Positions 21,357-29,273 of a stretch of 43,777 bases of DNA are shown here, in pieces. The position numbers and the translations under genes were made by a program. Origin of the DNA: a bacterium. GTDB taxonomy: Bacteria; JACRDZ01; JAQUKH01. Positions within the stretch are counted from its first letter, which is position 1. Every line of letters begins with the position of its first letter. The DNA lies in assembly GCA_028719205.1 (NCBI GenBank), contig JAQUKH010000024.1:1-43777 (forward strand), in the 5' to 3' direction. Under the pieces are notes generated by a model, which was not told the DNA's origin, searched no databases, and was given only the letters and a program-made list of their open reading frames with translations.

Positions 21357-22874
21357 ATGGGAAAAAATATAATAATATTTGATACTACACTGCGTGACGG
21401 AGAGCAATCTCCGGGAATAAGTTTGAATATTCAGGATAAATTGGAAATTGCGATGCAATTGGCCCGCTTAGGCGTTGATGTAATAGAGGCCGGTTTCCCA
21501 ATAACATCGGAAGGCGATTTCAAGGCGGTAAAAACTATTGCTGAAGAAGTAGAAGGCCCGGTTATCTGCGGGCTTTCGCGCGCGGTCAGAAAAGATATAG
21601 AGCGGGCCGGGGATGCGCTTAGGAATTGTAAAAAACCCAGGATCCATACATTTATTAACAGCTCGGATGTGCAGATCAAACATCAGCTGAAAAAGACGCG
21701 TAAGGAAGTTTTACAGATGACGGAAGAGGCGGTAAAACTGGCTAAAAGTATTTGTAACGATATTGAATTTTCCGCGATGGACGCCACCCGGGCGGATATT
21801 AATTTCATATATGAACTTGTAGGTGTGGCTATTGAGAACGGGGCAACAACTATAAATATTCCTGATACTGTCGGGTATTCAATGCCATGGGAGTTTGGAG
21901 AATTTATAGCCTCAATAATAAAAAATGTCAAAAGAAGCCGCGAAGTGGTTTGGAGTGTTCATTGCCATAATGATCTGGGCCTTTCCGTGGCAAATTCAAT
22001 TTGTGCCGTAAAAAATGGCGTGACCCAGGTAGAATGTACTATTAACGGTATCGGCGAGAGGGCCGGAAATGCCGCGATGGAAGAACTTGTTATGATAATG
22101 GATACCCGTAAGGATATTTTAAACGTGTCAACAAAAATAAAAACCGCTGAAATAATGAAAACCAGCCAGTTGATCAGCCGTTTAACCGGGTATCAGGTCC
22201 AGCCTAATAAGGCGATCGTAGGGATGAACGCGTTCGCGCATACGTCGGGTATCCATCAGGATGGTGTGCTCAAAGAACGAACCACTTTTGAGATAATGAA
22301 CCCTCAGAAAATAGGATTAAAAGAAAGCAAGCTGATCCTTGGAAAAACGTCAGGCCGCCACGCGTTCAGCAAACATCTTGGGGAGCTTGGATATTTTCTT
22401 AATGAGGAAAGCCTGGAAAGAGCGTTCGTAAGGTTCAAAGATCTTGCGGATAAAAAAGTTGAGATCACTGAAAATGACCTGGAGGCGATCGCTCAGGATG
22501 AAAAAAGGATCTCACAAAAAGAAACTTTCGTGTTTGAATCTATTGAAACCTCAAGCGGCACAGGGAAAATTCCGCAGGCTTCGATCAAATTAAAGAAAGA
22601 TGATAAAATTATTTCGGCTAAGGCTGATGGAGACGGACAGGTTGATGCTGTTTGCAACGCGATAAGCCGCGCGACTGGAATTAAAACGAAACTTCTGGTT
22701 TATAATGTAAGTTCAATTACTTCAGGTTTGGATTCGCAGGGTGAGGTTACTATTCATCTTGAGATCGGCGGGAAAAGAATAATCGGGCGCGGGGTAAGCA
22801 CGGATATTATCGAGGCAAGCGCGAAGGCATATTTGAACGCGATAAACAAATCTATACAACTCAAGGAGAAATAA
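21357..22874 (+). CDS. leuA: 2-isopropylmalate synthase
   Basis: FDTTLRDGEQSPG; HCHNDLG; INGIGERAGNA; HTSGIHQDG; C-terminal regulatory domain. Confidence 0.96.
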   Translation: MGKNIIIFDTTLRDGEQSPGISLNIQDKLEIAMQLARLGVDVIEAGFPITSEGDFKAVKTIAEEVEGPVICGLSRAVRKDIERAGDALRNCKKPRIHTFINSSDVQIKHQLKKTRKEVLQMTEEAVKLAKSICNDIEFSAMDATRADINFIYELVGVAIENGATTINIPDTVGYSMPWEFGEFIASIIKNVKRSREVVWSVHCHNDLGLSVANSICAVKNGVTQVECTINGIGERAGNAAMEELVMIMDTRKDILNVSTKIKTAEIMKTSQLISRLTGYQVQPNKAIVGMNAFAHTSGIHQDGVLKERTTFEIMNPQKIGLKESKLILGKTSGRHAFSKHLGELGYFLNEESLERAFVRFKDLADKKVEITENDLEAIAQDEKRISQKETFVFESIETSSGTGKIPQASIKLKKDDKIISAKADGDGQVDAVCNAISRATGIKTKLLVYNVSSITSGLDSQGEVTIHLEIGGKRIIGRGVSTDIIEASAKAYLNAINKSIQLKEK

Positions 22875-22875
22875 A

Positions 22876-22927
22876 AAAAGCACTTTATGTAATAGGAGGG
22901 CAAACGTTTTCTACATAAAGTGCTTTT
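22876..22927. terminator. Long hairpin, probable terminator after leuA
   Basis: Perfect 16-bp inverted repeat AAAAGCACTTTATGTA / TACATAAAGTGCTTTT with a 20-nt loop. Confidence 0.65.
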
Positions 22928-22990
22928 CCATTTAATTGATCGGCAGATATAAAAAAATACTTTAGATAAATTATCTGAGGGGAGGATTAT

Positions 22991-23146
22991 ATGGAAGATA
23001 AAAAAGAAATGGAAAACAGAAGAAAGATCAGAATAGACCGGAGAAAAATTAAAGAAGAATTATTTCATAGAATTTGGGACAGAAGGGTTAAAGACTGGGA
23101 TAGAAGAGCTTCGAATGAAGACACGGAAGAGAAAAAACTAAAATAA
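22991..23146 (+). CDS. 51-aa highly charged small protein with (D/N)RR repeats (not in the ORF track)
   Basis: GAGGGGAGG RBS 5 nt before ATG; MEDKKEMENRRKIRIDRRKIKEELFHRIWDRRVKDWDRRASNEDTEEKKLK*. Confidence 0.7.
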   Translation: MEDKKEMENRRKIRIDRRKIKEELFHRIWDRRVKDWDRRASNEDTEEKKLK

Positions 23147-23170
23147 AATTATAAAAATCGGGGTGAATTT

Positions 23171-24424
23171 ATGACAATTACTGAAAAAATACTGGCAAAG
23201 CATTGCGGGAAAAAGGAAGTTGTTCCGGGCGAATTGATACTTGCTAAAGTAGATCTGGCTTTGAGCAACGATGTTACGGCACCTCTGGCAATAAATGAAT
23301 TTAAAAAGTCAGGGACAAAAAAAGTGTTTGACCGTAATAAAGTGGTTTTGGTACCGGATCATTTTACTCCAAACAAGGATATAGCGTCCGCCGAACAATG
23401 TAAGGTTATGAGATGTTTTGCCAGAGAGCAGAAAATAACGAACTTTTATGAAGTCGGCAGGATGGGAGTTGAACACGCGCTTTTGCCGGAACAGGGTTTG
23501 GTAAAACCGGGTATGGTAATTATCGGCGCTGATTCGCATACCTGTACTTACGGCGCGCTTGGCGCGTTCGCGACAGGTGTCGGGAGCACGGATATAGCCG
23601 CGGCAATGGTTACAGGAAAAGCATGGTTTAAGGTTCCCGCTACAATGAAGTTCATTTATCACGGAAAGATGCCTAAATGGATCGGCGGCAAGGATTTGAT
23701 CCTGCATACTATCGGGGATATCGGAGTGGATGGCGCGCTTTATAATTCGATGGAGTTTACCGGGAACGCGATCGACAATTTATCCGTGGAAGGCCGTTTG
23801 ACCATGGCGAATATGGCGATCGAGGCCGGCGGTAAAAATGGGATCTTTCACGTTGATAAAAAGACGATTGAATATCTAAAGGATAAGACTAAAGATAAAT
23901 ATACTATATTCGAAAGTGATAATGACGCGAAATATATCAGCGTGCATGAATATGATGTAAGCAAGCTTAAACCAAAGGTGGCGGCGCCTCATCTGCCGAG
24001 CAATGTAAAATCTGCTGTCGAATATAAGAATGTGATGATCGATCAGGTTATAATTGGTTCGTGCACAAACGGGCGGATATCGGACCTTCGGGTGGCGGCA
24101 GCAATTTTAAAAAATAAAAAGGTTCATCCTTATGTCAGGCTGATTGTTATTCCTGCTACTCAAAAGATCTATCAGCAGGCTATGAAAGAAGGTTTGCTTG
24201 ATATTTTTATTAATGCGAACGCGGCGGTATCAACACCGACCTGCGGCCCTTGTTTAGGCGGACATATGGGGATCCTGGGCGAAGGAGAACGTGCTTTGGC
24301 GACAACCAACAGGAATTTTGTAGGCCGTATGGGACATCCAAAGAGCGAGGTATATTTGTCAGGCCCTGCCGTGGCTGCCGCAAGCGCGATAAAAGGAAAA
24401 ATAACCAGTCCGGAGGAGATATAA
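23171..24424 (+). CDS. leuC: 3-isopropylmalate dehydratase large subunit
   Basis: [55 protein letters not shown]. Confidence 0.95.
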   Translation: MTITEKILAKHCGKKEVVPGELILAKVDLALSNDVTAPLAINEFKKSGTKKVFDRNKVVLVPDHFTPNKDIASAEQCKVMRCFAREQKITNFYEVGRMGVEHALLPEQGLVKPGMVIIGADSHTCTYGALGAFATGVGSTDIAAAMVTGKAWFKVPATMKFIYHGKMPKWIGGKDLILHTIGDIGVDGALYNSMEFTGNAIDNLSVEGRLTMANMAIEAGGKNGIFHVDKKTIEYLKDKTKDKYTIFESDNDAKYISVHEYDVSKLKPKVAAPHLPSNVKSAVEYKNVMIDQVIIGSCTNGRISDLRVAAAILKNKKVHPYVRLIVIPATQKIYQQAMKEGLLDIFINANAAVSTPTCGPCLGGHMGILGEGERALATTNRNFVGRMGHPKSEVYLSGPAVAAASAIKGKITSPEEI

Positions 24425-24907
24425 ATGAAAATACAGGGTAAAGTATGGAAATTCAAAGATGATGTAAACACGGATGAAATAATTCCGGCAAGGAGACTGA
24501 ACACCTCAGATCCTAAAGAATTGGTCAAATATTTTATGGAGGATATTGACACTGATTTTATTAATAAAATGAAACCCGGAGATATTATTGTCGCGGGTAA
24601 GAATTTTGGATGCGGTTCCTCACGGGAGCACGCGCCTATAGCTGTTAAATATTCGGGAATATCCGCAGTAATAGCGGGTTCTTTCGCGAGAATATTTTAT
24701 CGTAACGCGATAAATATAGGCCTGCCTATTCTTGAATCTCCTGACGCGGCAGCGGAAATTAAAGAAGGGGATAAGATCGAAATTGATTTTGATCAAGGCC
24801 AAATAAAAAATTTAACTACGAATAAAATTTATGAAACCGCGCCATTCCCGCCATTTATGCAGGAACTGATCTCAGCGGGCGGGTTGATGTCCTGGATTAA
24901 AAAATAA
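24425..24907 (+). CDS. leuD: 3-isopropylmalate dehydratase small subunit
   Basis: [40 protein letters not shown]. Confidence 0.95.
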   Translation: MKIQGKVWKFKDDVNTDEIIPARRLNTSDPKELVKYFMEDIDTDFINKMKPGDIIVAGKNFGCGSSREHAPIAVKYSGISAVIAGSFARIFYRNAINIGLPILESPDAAAEIKEGDKIEIDFDQGQIKNLTTNKIYETAPFPPFMQELISAGGLMSWIKK

Positions 24908-24926
24908 ATATTTATAGGGAACAAAA

Positions 24927-25943
24927 TTGAAAGATAATGACAAACGCATAGGCTTTACTACCTCCATTCCAGTAGAGGTAATTTTTGCCGCAGGGTTTAT
25001 TCCGCTTGATCTTAATAATATTTTTATCAATCATCTTCAAAAAGAAAAACTTGTTGAATTCGCTGAAGAAGCGGGTTTTCCACGCAATACCTGCAGCTGG
25101 ATCAAAGGAATTTATTCCACAGCGTTAAAACTTAAAATGAAAAGGGTTATCGGGGTCACGCAGGGTGATTGCAGTAATACTCACGCCCTGATGGAGACAT
25201 GGCAATTGAGGGGGATCGAGGTAATCCCTTTTTCCTATCCATATGGCCGCGATGAAAAACAGTTAAAGTATGAGATATCAAAATTAATTGAATATTTTGG
25301 TACAACCTGGGCTGAGGTAAAAAAGGTCAAACAGAGATTAGACAAAATAAGAAGCTTGTTAATCAGGCTGGATGAACTAACATGGAAAGAAGGCAGGATT
25401 AGCGGGTTTATCAACCATTTGTATCTTGTGGCAAGCAGTGATTTTAACGGGAGTTTTGAACAGTTTGAAGAGAAATTAACGCGGTTTCTGGATATTGCTA
25501 AAAAATCACCAAAAATAAACGCGGGAATGTCCCTGCCAAGGATTGCCTATATTGGCGTTCCGCCCATTTTCTCCGATTTTTATCTTTTCCTTGAAGGATT
25601 GGGAGTCCATGTTGTTTATAATGAGATCCAGCGCCAGTTTAGCATGCCATACCTGAAGCAGGATATCACGGAACAATACAGTTCTTTTTCCTATCCTTAT
25701 GGAGCTTTTTTCCGGCTCAAAGATATTAAAAAAGAGCTTAAAAGGCGAAAAATTGACGGCGTTATCCACTATACCCAGAGTTTTTGCTTCCGCCAGATCG
25801 AGGATCTGATATTCAGGCATGAGATCGATATGCCTTTTTTAAGTATAGAAGGGGACAGGCCGGGAAATCTTGACGCCAGGACGAAGTTGAGAATTGAGAG
25901 TTTTGTGGAGATGCTTTATGAAAGAAAACAAAAAAGAAGTTAA
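24927..25943 (+). CDS. 2-hydroxyacyl-CoA dehydratase (HgdA/B-like, component D) family protein
   Basis: IGFTTSIPVEVIFAAG..P; three spaced Cys (NTCSWIKG, GDCSNT, SFCFR); C-terminal EGD..G..DARTKLRIESFVEML; TTG start. Confidence 0.8.
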   Translation: MKDNDKRIGFTTSIPVEVIFAAGFIPLDLNNIFINHLQKEKLVEFAEEAGFPRNTCSWIKGIYSTALKLKMKRVIGVTQGDCSNTHALMETWQLRGIEVIPFSYPYGRDEKQLKYEISKLIEYFGTTWAEVKKVKQRLDKIRSLLIRLDELTWKEGRISGFINHLYLVASSDFNGSFEQFEEKLTRFLDIAKKSPKINAGMSLPRIAYIGVPPIFSDFYLFLEGLGVHVVYNEIQRQFSMPYLKQDITEQYSSFSYPYGAFFRLKDIKKELKRRKIDGVIHYTQSFCFRQIEDLIFRHEIDMPFLSIEGDRPGNLDARTKLRIESFVEMLYERKQKRS

Positions 25944-26743
25944 TCCGCGGATACAGATTCAGTAATGTTGTTTTGATAAACTCTTTCAATAAACTTTTTT
26001 TCTATAAAATAAAAAAATAAAAATATCAGGGTTTGATTTAATAAAGCCGCTATTAAGCCATGTTTGGATCCGTACCACACCGCGATTGCGTACGCCTGAA
26101 TTTGTCCGATCCCGTACATCGGATTGTTAAAATATTTATATGGTCCGGTTTCAACGAAATCAGTGATCTTTTTTCCTAGGAACATGTCTTTCCAGTAATA
26201 AATATCTATTGATACTACCTTCGCTGCCCATATTTTTATAATAAAACCAAATATAAATAGAATTGCCAATATTACAAGTAAAAGTTCTTTATGAAAAAAA
26301 TTTAATAAATTTCCTGAGGTTGTCGAGGCTATATATCCGATACTTAGCGCGTTATGGAAAAATATGAAACCCAGTGTTGCTTCGTAAGCCAAATATCCTT
26401 CATGTTCATCGCCCCACTTTTTAATAAACCAATGACGAAAACCGTTTTCTTTAAGAACAAGTGTTATAAAACCTATATAAAATACTTCAACCAGAATAAA
26501 ATAGAAAATAGCCAGTTTATAATTGTGAGGCTGATAATTGACTATATATATGGAAAAAGTTAGAGAAGAGAGTATTGCGATCGTCCTGGGTATAGTCGCG
26601 TGTTTTACGACGTAACCTGATATCGAAAGCAGGAGTGTGATAAAAAGGTGAAATTTCTTAAGAAAATTAGTAATTATATTTTTATATGGCATTTTGCTTA
26701 TTTTAAACATATGCTTATTATATCCTAAAATCTTAAATTTCAA
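25940..26743 (-). CDS. Membrane methyltransferase, PEMT/ICMT-like (start uncertain, may be a later Met)
   Basis: Several TM segments; YYWKDMFLG...FVETGPYKYFNNPMYGIG and terminal EK.F..RVY, as in PEMT/ICMT proteins. Confidence 0.7.
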   Translation of the reverse strand: MKFKILGYNKHMFKISKMPYKNIITNFLKKFHLFITLLLSISGYVVKHATIPRTIAILSSLTFSIYIVNYQPHNYKLAIFYFILVEVFYIGFITLVLKENGFRHWFIKKWGDEHEGYLAYEATLGFIFFHNALSIGYIASTTSGNLLNFFHKELLLVILAILFIFGFIIKIWAAKVVSIDIYYWKDMFLGKKITDFVETGPYKYFNNPMYGIGQIQAYAIAVWYGSKHGLIAALLNQTLIFLFFYFIEKKFIERVYQNNITESVSAD

Positions 26744-26775
26744 AAATTAATTAATAAACATTTCAGCCCTACGTA

Positions 26776-27276
26776 CTAAAAATAATATCTTATGCCTAGT
26801 CCTGCATCCAGTTCAAAGTCTGAATTTGGCACCAAGTCAAGTAAAGGAACAATCTCAGCAAAAATATCAAAAGGAGCGGTTGGAAAAAGATAAGTTATCC
26901 CTAAAGGGATACGAATTCCGACTTTTGTGTCATTATTGTTATTATTGCTGGTGTTGATAAATTTAAATCTTGTACCAATGCCATAATAGAGAATAATATT
27001 CCTTTCATTTGTATTTAACACACTAAAGTCGTGCATAAGATAATCAAAATGGAGATCTATGTCGCTATGAGTTCCTGTCGACCAGGCAATAGCTCCATCA
27101 ATTGCCGTCCTTGGCCCTGTCCAAAATTTACCGCTAACTCCTGTCGGCTCACCTATAATAATTCCTAAACCAAACTTTTTATTCTGCGATCCGGCGTTTT
27201 GTGCTGATGCGGTGCCGCAAAGTAAAATTGCAACAAATGTAGCCGCGATAAGTATTTTTGAATAATTTAATTTCAT
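26776..27276 (-). CDS. Small outer-membrane beta-barrel protein (DUF3996-like)
   Basis: Signal peptide ..ASA; FGLGIIIGEPTGVSGKFW; GIRIPLGITY; terminal GIRYYF; AAGGAG RBS. Confidence 0.7.
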   Translation of the reverse strand: MKLNYSKILIAATFVAILLCGTASAQNAGSQNKKFGLGIIIGEPTGVSGKFWTGPRTAIDGAIAWSTGTHSDIDLHFDYLMHDFSVLNTNERNIILYYGIGTRFKFINTSNNNNNDTKVGIRIPLGITYLFPTAPFDIFAEIVPLLDLVPNSDFELDAGLGIRYYF

Positions 27277-27322
27277 GGAAAGCTCCTTTCTGATTTTTTA
27301 TTAATTATCGCCAAAAAATGGT

Positions 27323-27484
27323 TTAGTTTCGGGTTCTTCCAAATATAAAAGTCAGAACCGATAAAACTAGGAATATAAAGAACAGGATCTTAGCAATTTC
27401 AATGGCTGAACCCGCAATGCTGGTAAATCCCAACAACGCTGCTATAATCGCGATAATGAAAAATACTGCCGCCCAATGCAACAT
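27323..27484 (-). CDS. DUF1328 (YtjA-like) small membrane protein, 53 aa (not in the ORF track)
   Basis: [63 protein letters not shown] matches the DUF1328 pattern. Confidence 0.9.
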   Translation of the reverse strand: MLHWAAVFFIIAIIAALLGFTSIAGSAIEIAKILFFIFLVLSVLTFIFGRTRN

Positions 27485-27741
27485 GATAAAACCTCCTTCC
27501 TTTTAAATGCCAGATAGATCATTTCGAACAATTTCCGGCCACCGGTACTATCATGTTAAAATATAAGTCAATTGTACCTGGGTATAATACCTGTTTATCC
27601 CCTTCAAGGATAACAATGAGTAATCCGTCTTAGTCGCCCACCTGCCGGATACGCAGGGACCGTTTAACTCATAAGCAAAAAAAGTTGATCAGATCGGATT
27701 ACAAAACTGTCGACAAGAAGCCAGTTAGCTTTTTAATTGGG

Positions 27742-28026
27742 TCAGTCGGTCCGGCATTTTGCAAGGCACGCGAAAATCAGCGCTAGTATAACGGAAAGAA
27801 TTGACACTAATATCGATGCGGCGGCAGGTGGCATCTGCGCGGTAAGGTACTGGTATATTCCCAGCAGAAAAAATCCCGACGCGGCAAGAACCAGCAGGGC
27901 GGAAATTACTATAAATGCCAGTGCCCAAATCAGGTTCATTATCTTTTTCTTTATTATTTTTTCTTCCATTTCAATAAAACGCAGAAATGGTTCAGCAAGA
28001 TTAATCAGCATCGTTAGTATTTTCAT
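27742..28026 (-). CDS. Two-TM membrane protein, YqjE/holin-X-like partner of ElaB
   Basis: Two hydrophobic helices; overlaps the 3' end of the ElaB-like gene; ATG 28026 preferred. Confidence 0.55.
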   Translation of the reverse strand: MKILTMLINLAEPFLRFIEMEEKIIKKKIMNLIWALAFIVISALLVLAASGFFLLGIYQYLTAQMPPAAASILVSILSVILALIFACLAKCRTD

Positions 28027-28345
28027 TTTTTGCCTTCCTGGTACAAACTTTGGCGATCGCGTAACCAACGCCGAATGCTATCATAATACTTATGAACGGG
28101 TGTTCCTCAACTTGAGTTGTAACCTCCCTGACGACTTTTTTCCCGCGTGCCTTTGATGCGTAAAACTTATCCATAAGATCCGCCCATATTTGATGGCTTT
28201 TCTCAATAACTTGATCTTTTTCGTCAGATACTTTTGCTCCGGCATAATTTTTTATGCCGCTAAAGAGTTTTGTAATATCTGTGCGCAGATTCGCGATCTC
28301 GGACCTTAGCTCGTCGAGTTCTTTATCATGTGTTTTTTCAATCAT
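28001..28345 (-). CDS. ElaB/YqjD (DUF883) family tail-anchored protein
   Basis: Coiled N-terminus ELDELRSEIANLRTDI; VEEHPFISIMIAFGVGYAIAK C-terminal anchor; AAGGAGG RBS. Confidence 0.8.
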   Translation of the reverse strand: MIEKTHDKELDELRSEIANLRTDITKLFSGIKNYAGAKVSDEKDQVIEKSHQIWADLMDKFYASKARGKKVVREVTTQVEEHPFISIMIAFGVGYAIAKVCTRKAKNENTNDAD

Positions 28346-28384
28346 ATTATTTCCTCCTTATAATTATTTAACTATTATAATAAA

Positions 28385-28430
28385 AAAAAATGATTAGAAT
28401 GTAAATTGGCTGAATCCGCTTTATATTGAC
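28385..28430 (-). promoter_or_regulatory. Conserved 46-bp upstream element, copy A (upstream of the ElaB-like gene)
   Basis: 39/46 identical to 31942..31987; contains the -35 of a minus-strand TTTACA-N17-TATTAT. Confidence 0.65.
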
Positions 28431-28529
28431 AAATTGGAACTTTTAACCCAGGATTTTTATATTTTATTGCATATAGGGTAAATCGTAGCATTGCTTTTAA
28501 AAATTATTATTATGATCTTATTGTCGGAT

Positions 28530-29270
28530 TTAAAACCTATGATATAGATCAATGCTGAAATAACCGGAGGATGAAATACTGTTGCTATGCCTGTAACCCA
28601 ATCCAAAAAGAATAGACAAATTTTCTTTTAGTTTCTGTATTTCGAAGATCGGGCCTAAACGGTAAGCTGAATAATCACTATTGCCTTCTCCAATGCCTTC
28701 CATTCCGATAAAATATTTATTGGTAATTTTATTTGATGGTACTAAATATTTAAGTTTACCTCTTCCCCAGAGAGAATGGCCTATTGTGTTGTAATCTCCT
28801 AAAAGGTTTATAATAAGCCTTTCTGACAGGTCTCTGGTATAGTCGGTTTCAAGTATTAGTCCTGTTTTTGGCCCTCGTGTTGAATTACTTTTATCATCAG
28901 GGTGGAAGGAAGTATTTCTTTTAACAATTCCTCCTATTACTGTTAAATATGCGCTGCGATAAAGGCGTGTTTCCCCAATAAACAGTTTTAGTTCAGGTAC
29001 TTTGGCCTTAATAATCTCTGTGCCTGATTCATATTCATAATTTAAATAATCCGCGATGATTTTTGCCGTTAACACCCGTTGATCGTCAATTTTATGGTCA
29101 AGGCCGACCCCTAAATATTCGAATCCCTGATTCTTTGTGTCGGTATACCAGCCTGAATATATATCTACTCCGGTGATGATTTTTTTACTGCCGGCGTTAA
29201 CAGGTGAAATAAAAAATACGGACAAATAAACTAAACAAATAAAAAAAGAATAGAAATATTTTATTTTCAT
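28530..29270 (-). CDS. BcsS-like outer-membrane beta-barrel (putative polysaccharide export pore)
   Basis: Signal peptide; amphipathic strands; YFIGMEG..EGNSDY..YRLG; terminal LYHRF; 3 nt downstream of the GT2 gene. Confidence 0.55.
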   Translation of the reverse strand: MKIKYFYSFFICLVYLSVFFISPVNAGSKKIITGVDIYSGWYTDTKNQGFEYLGVGLDHKIDDQRVLTAKIIADYLNYEYESGTEIIKAKVPELKLFIGETRLYRSAYLTVIGGIVKRNTSFHPDDKSNSTRGPKTGLILETDYTRDLSERLIINLLGDYNTIGHSLWGRGKLKYLVPSNKITNKYFIGMEGIGEGNSDYSAYRLGPIFEIQKLKENLSILFGLGYRHSNSISSSGYFSIDLYHRF

Positions 29271-29273
29271 ATT

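Noticed and set aside
22892-22911. AGGGCAAAC resembling the start of a c-di-GMP-I (GEMM) riboswitch
   Set aside because: The following GAAA-loop stem and GACGCAAAG segment are absent; the motif sits in the loop of an unrelated hairpin
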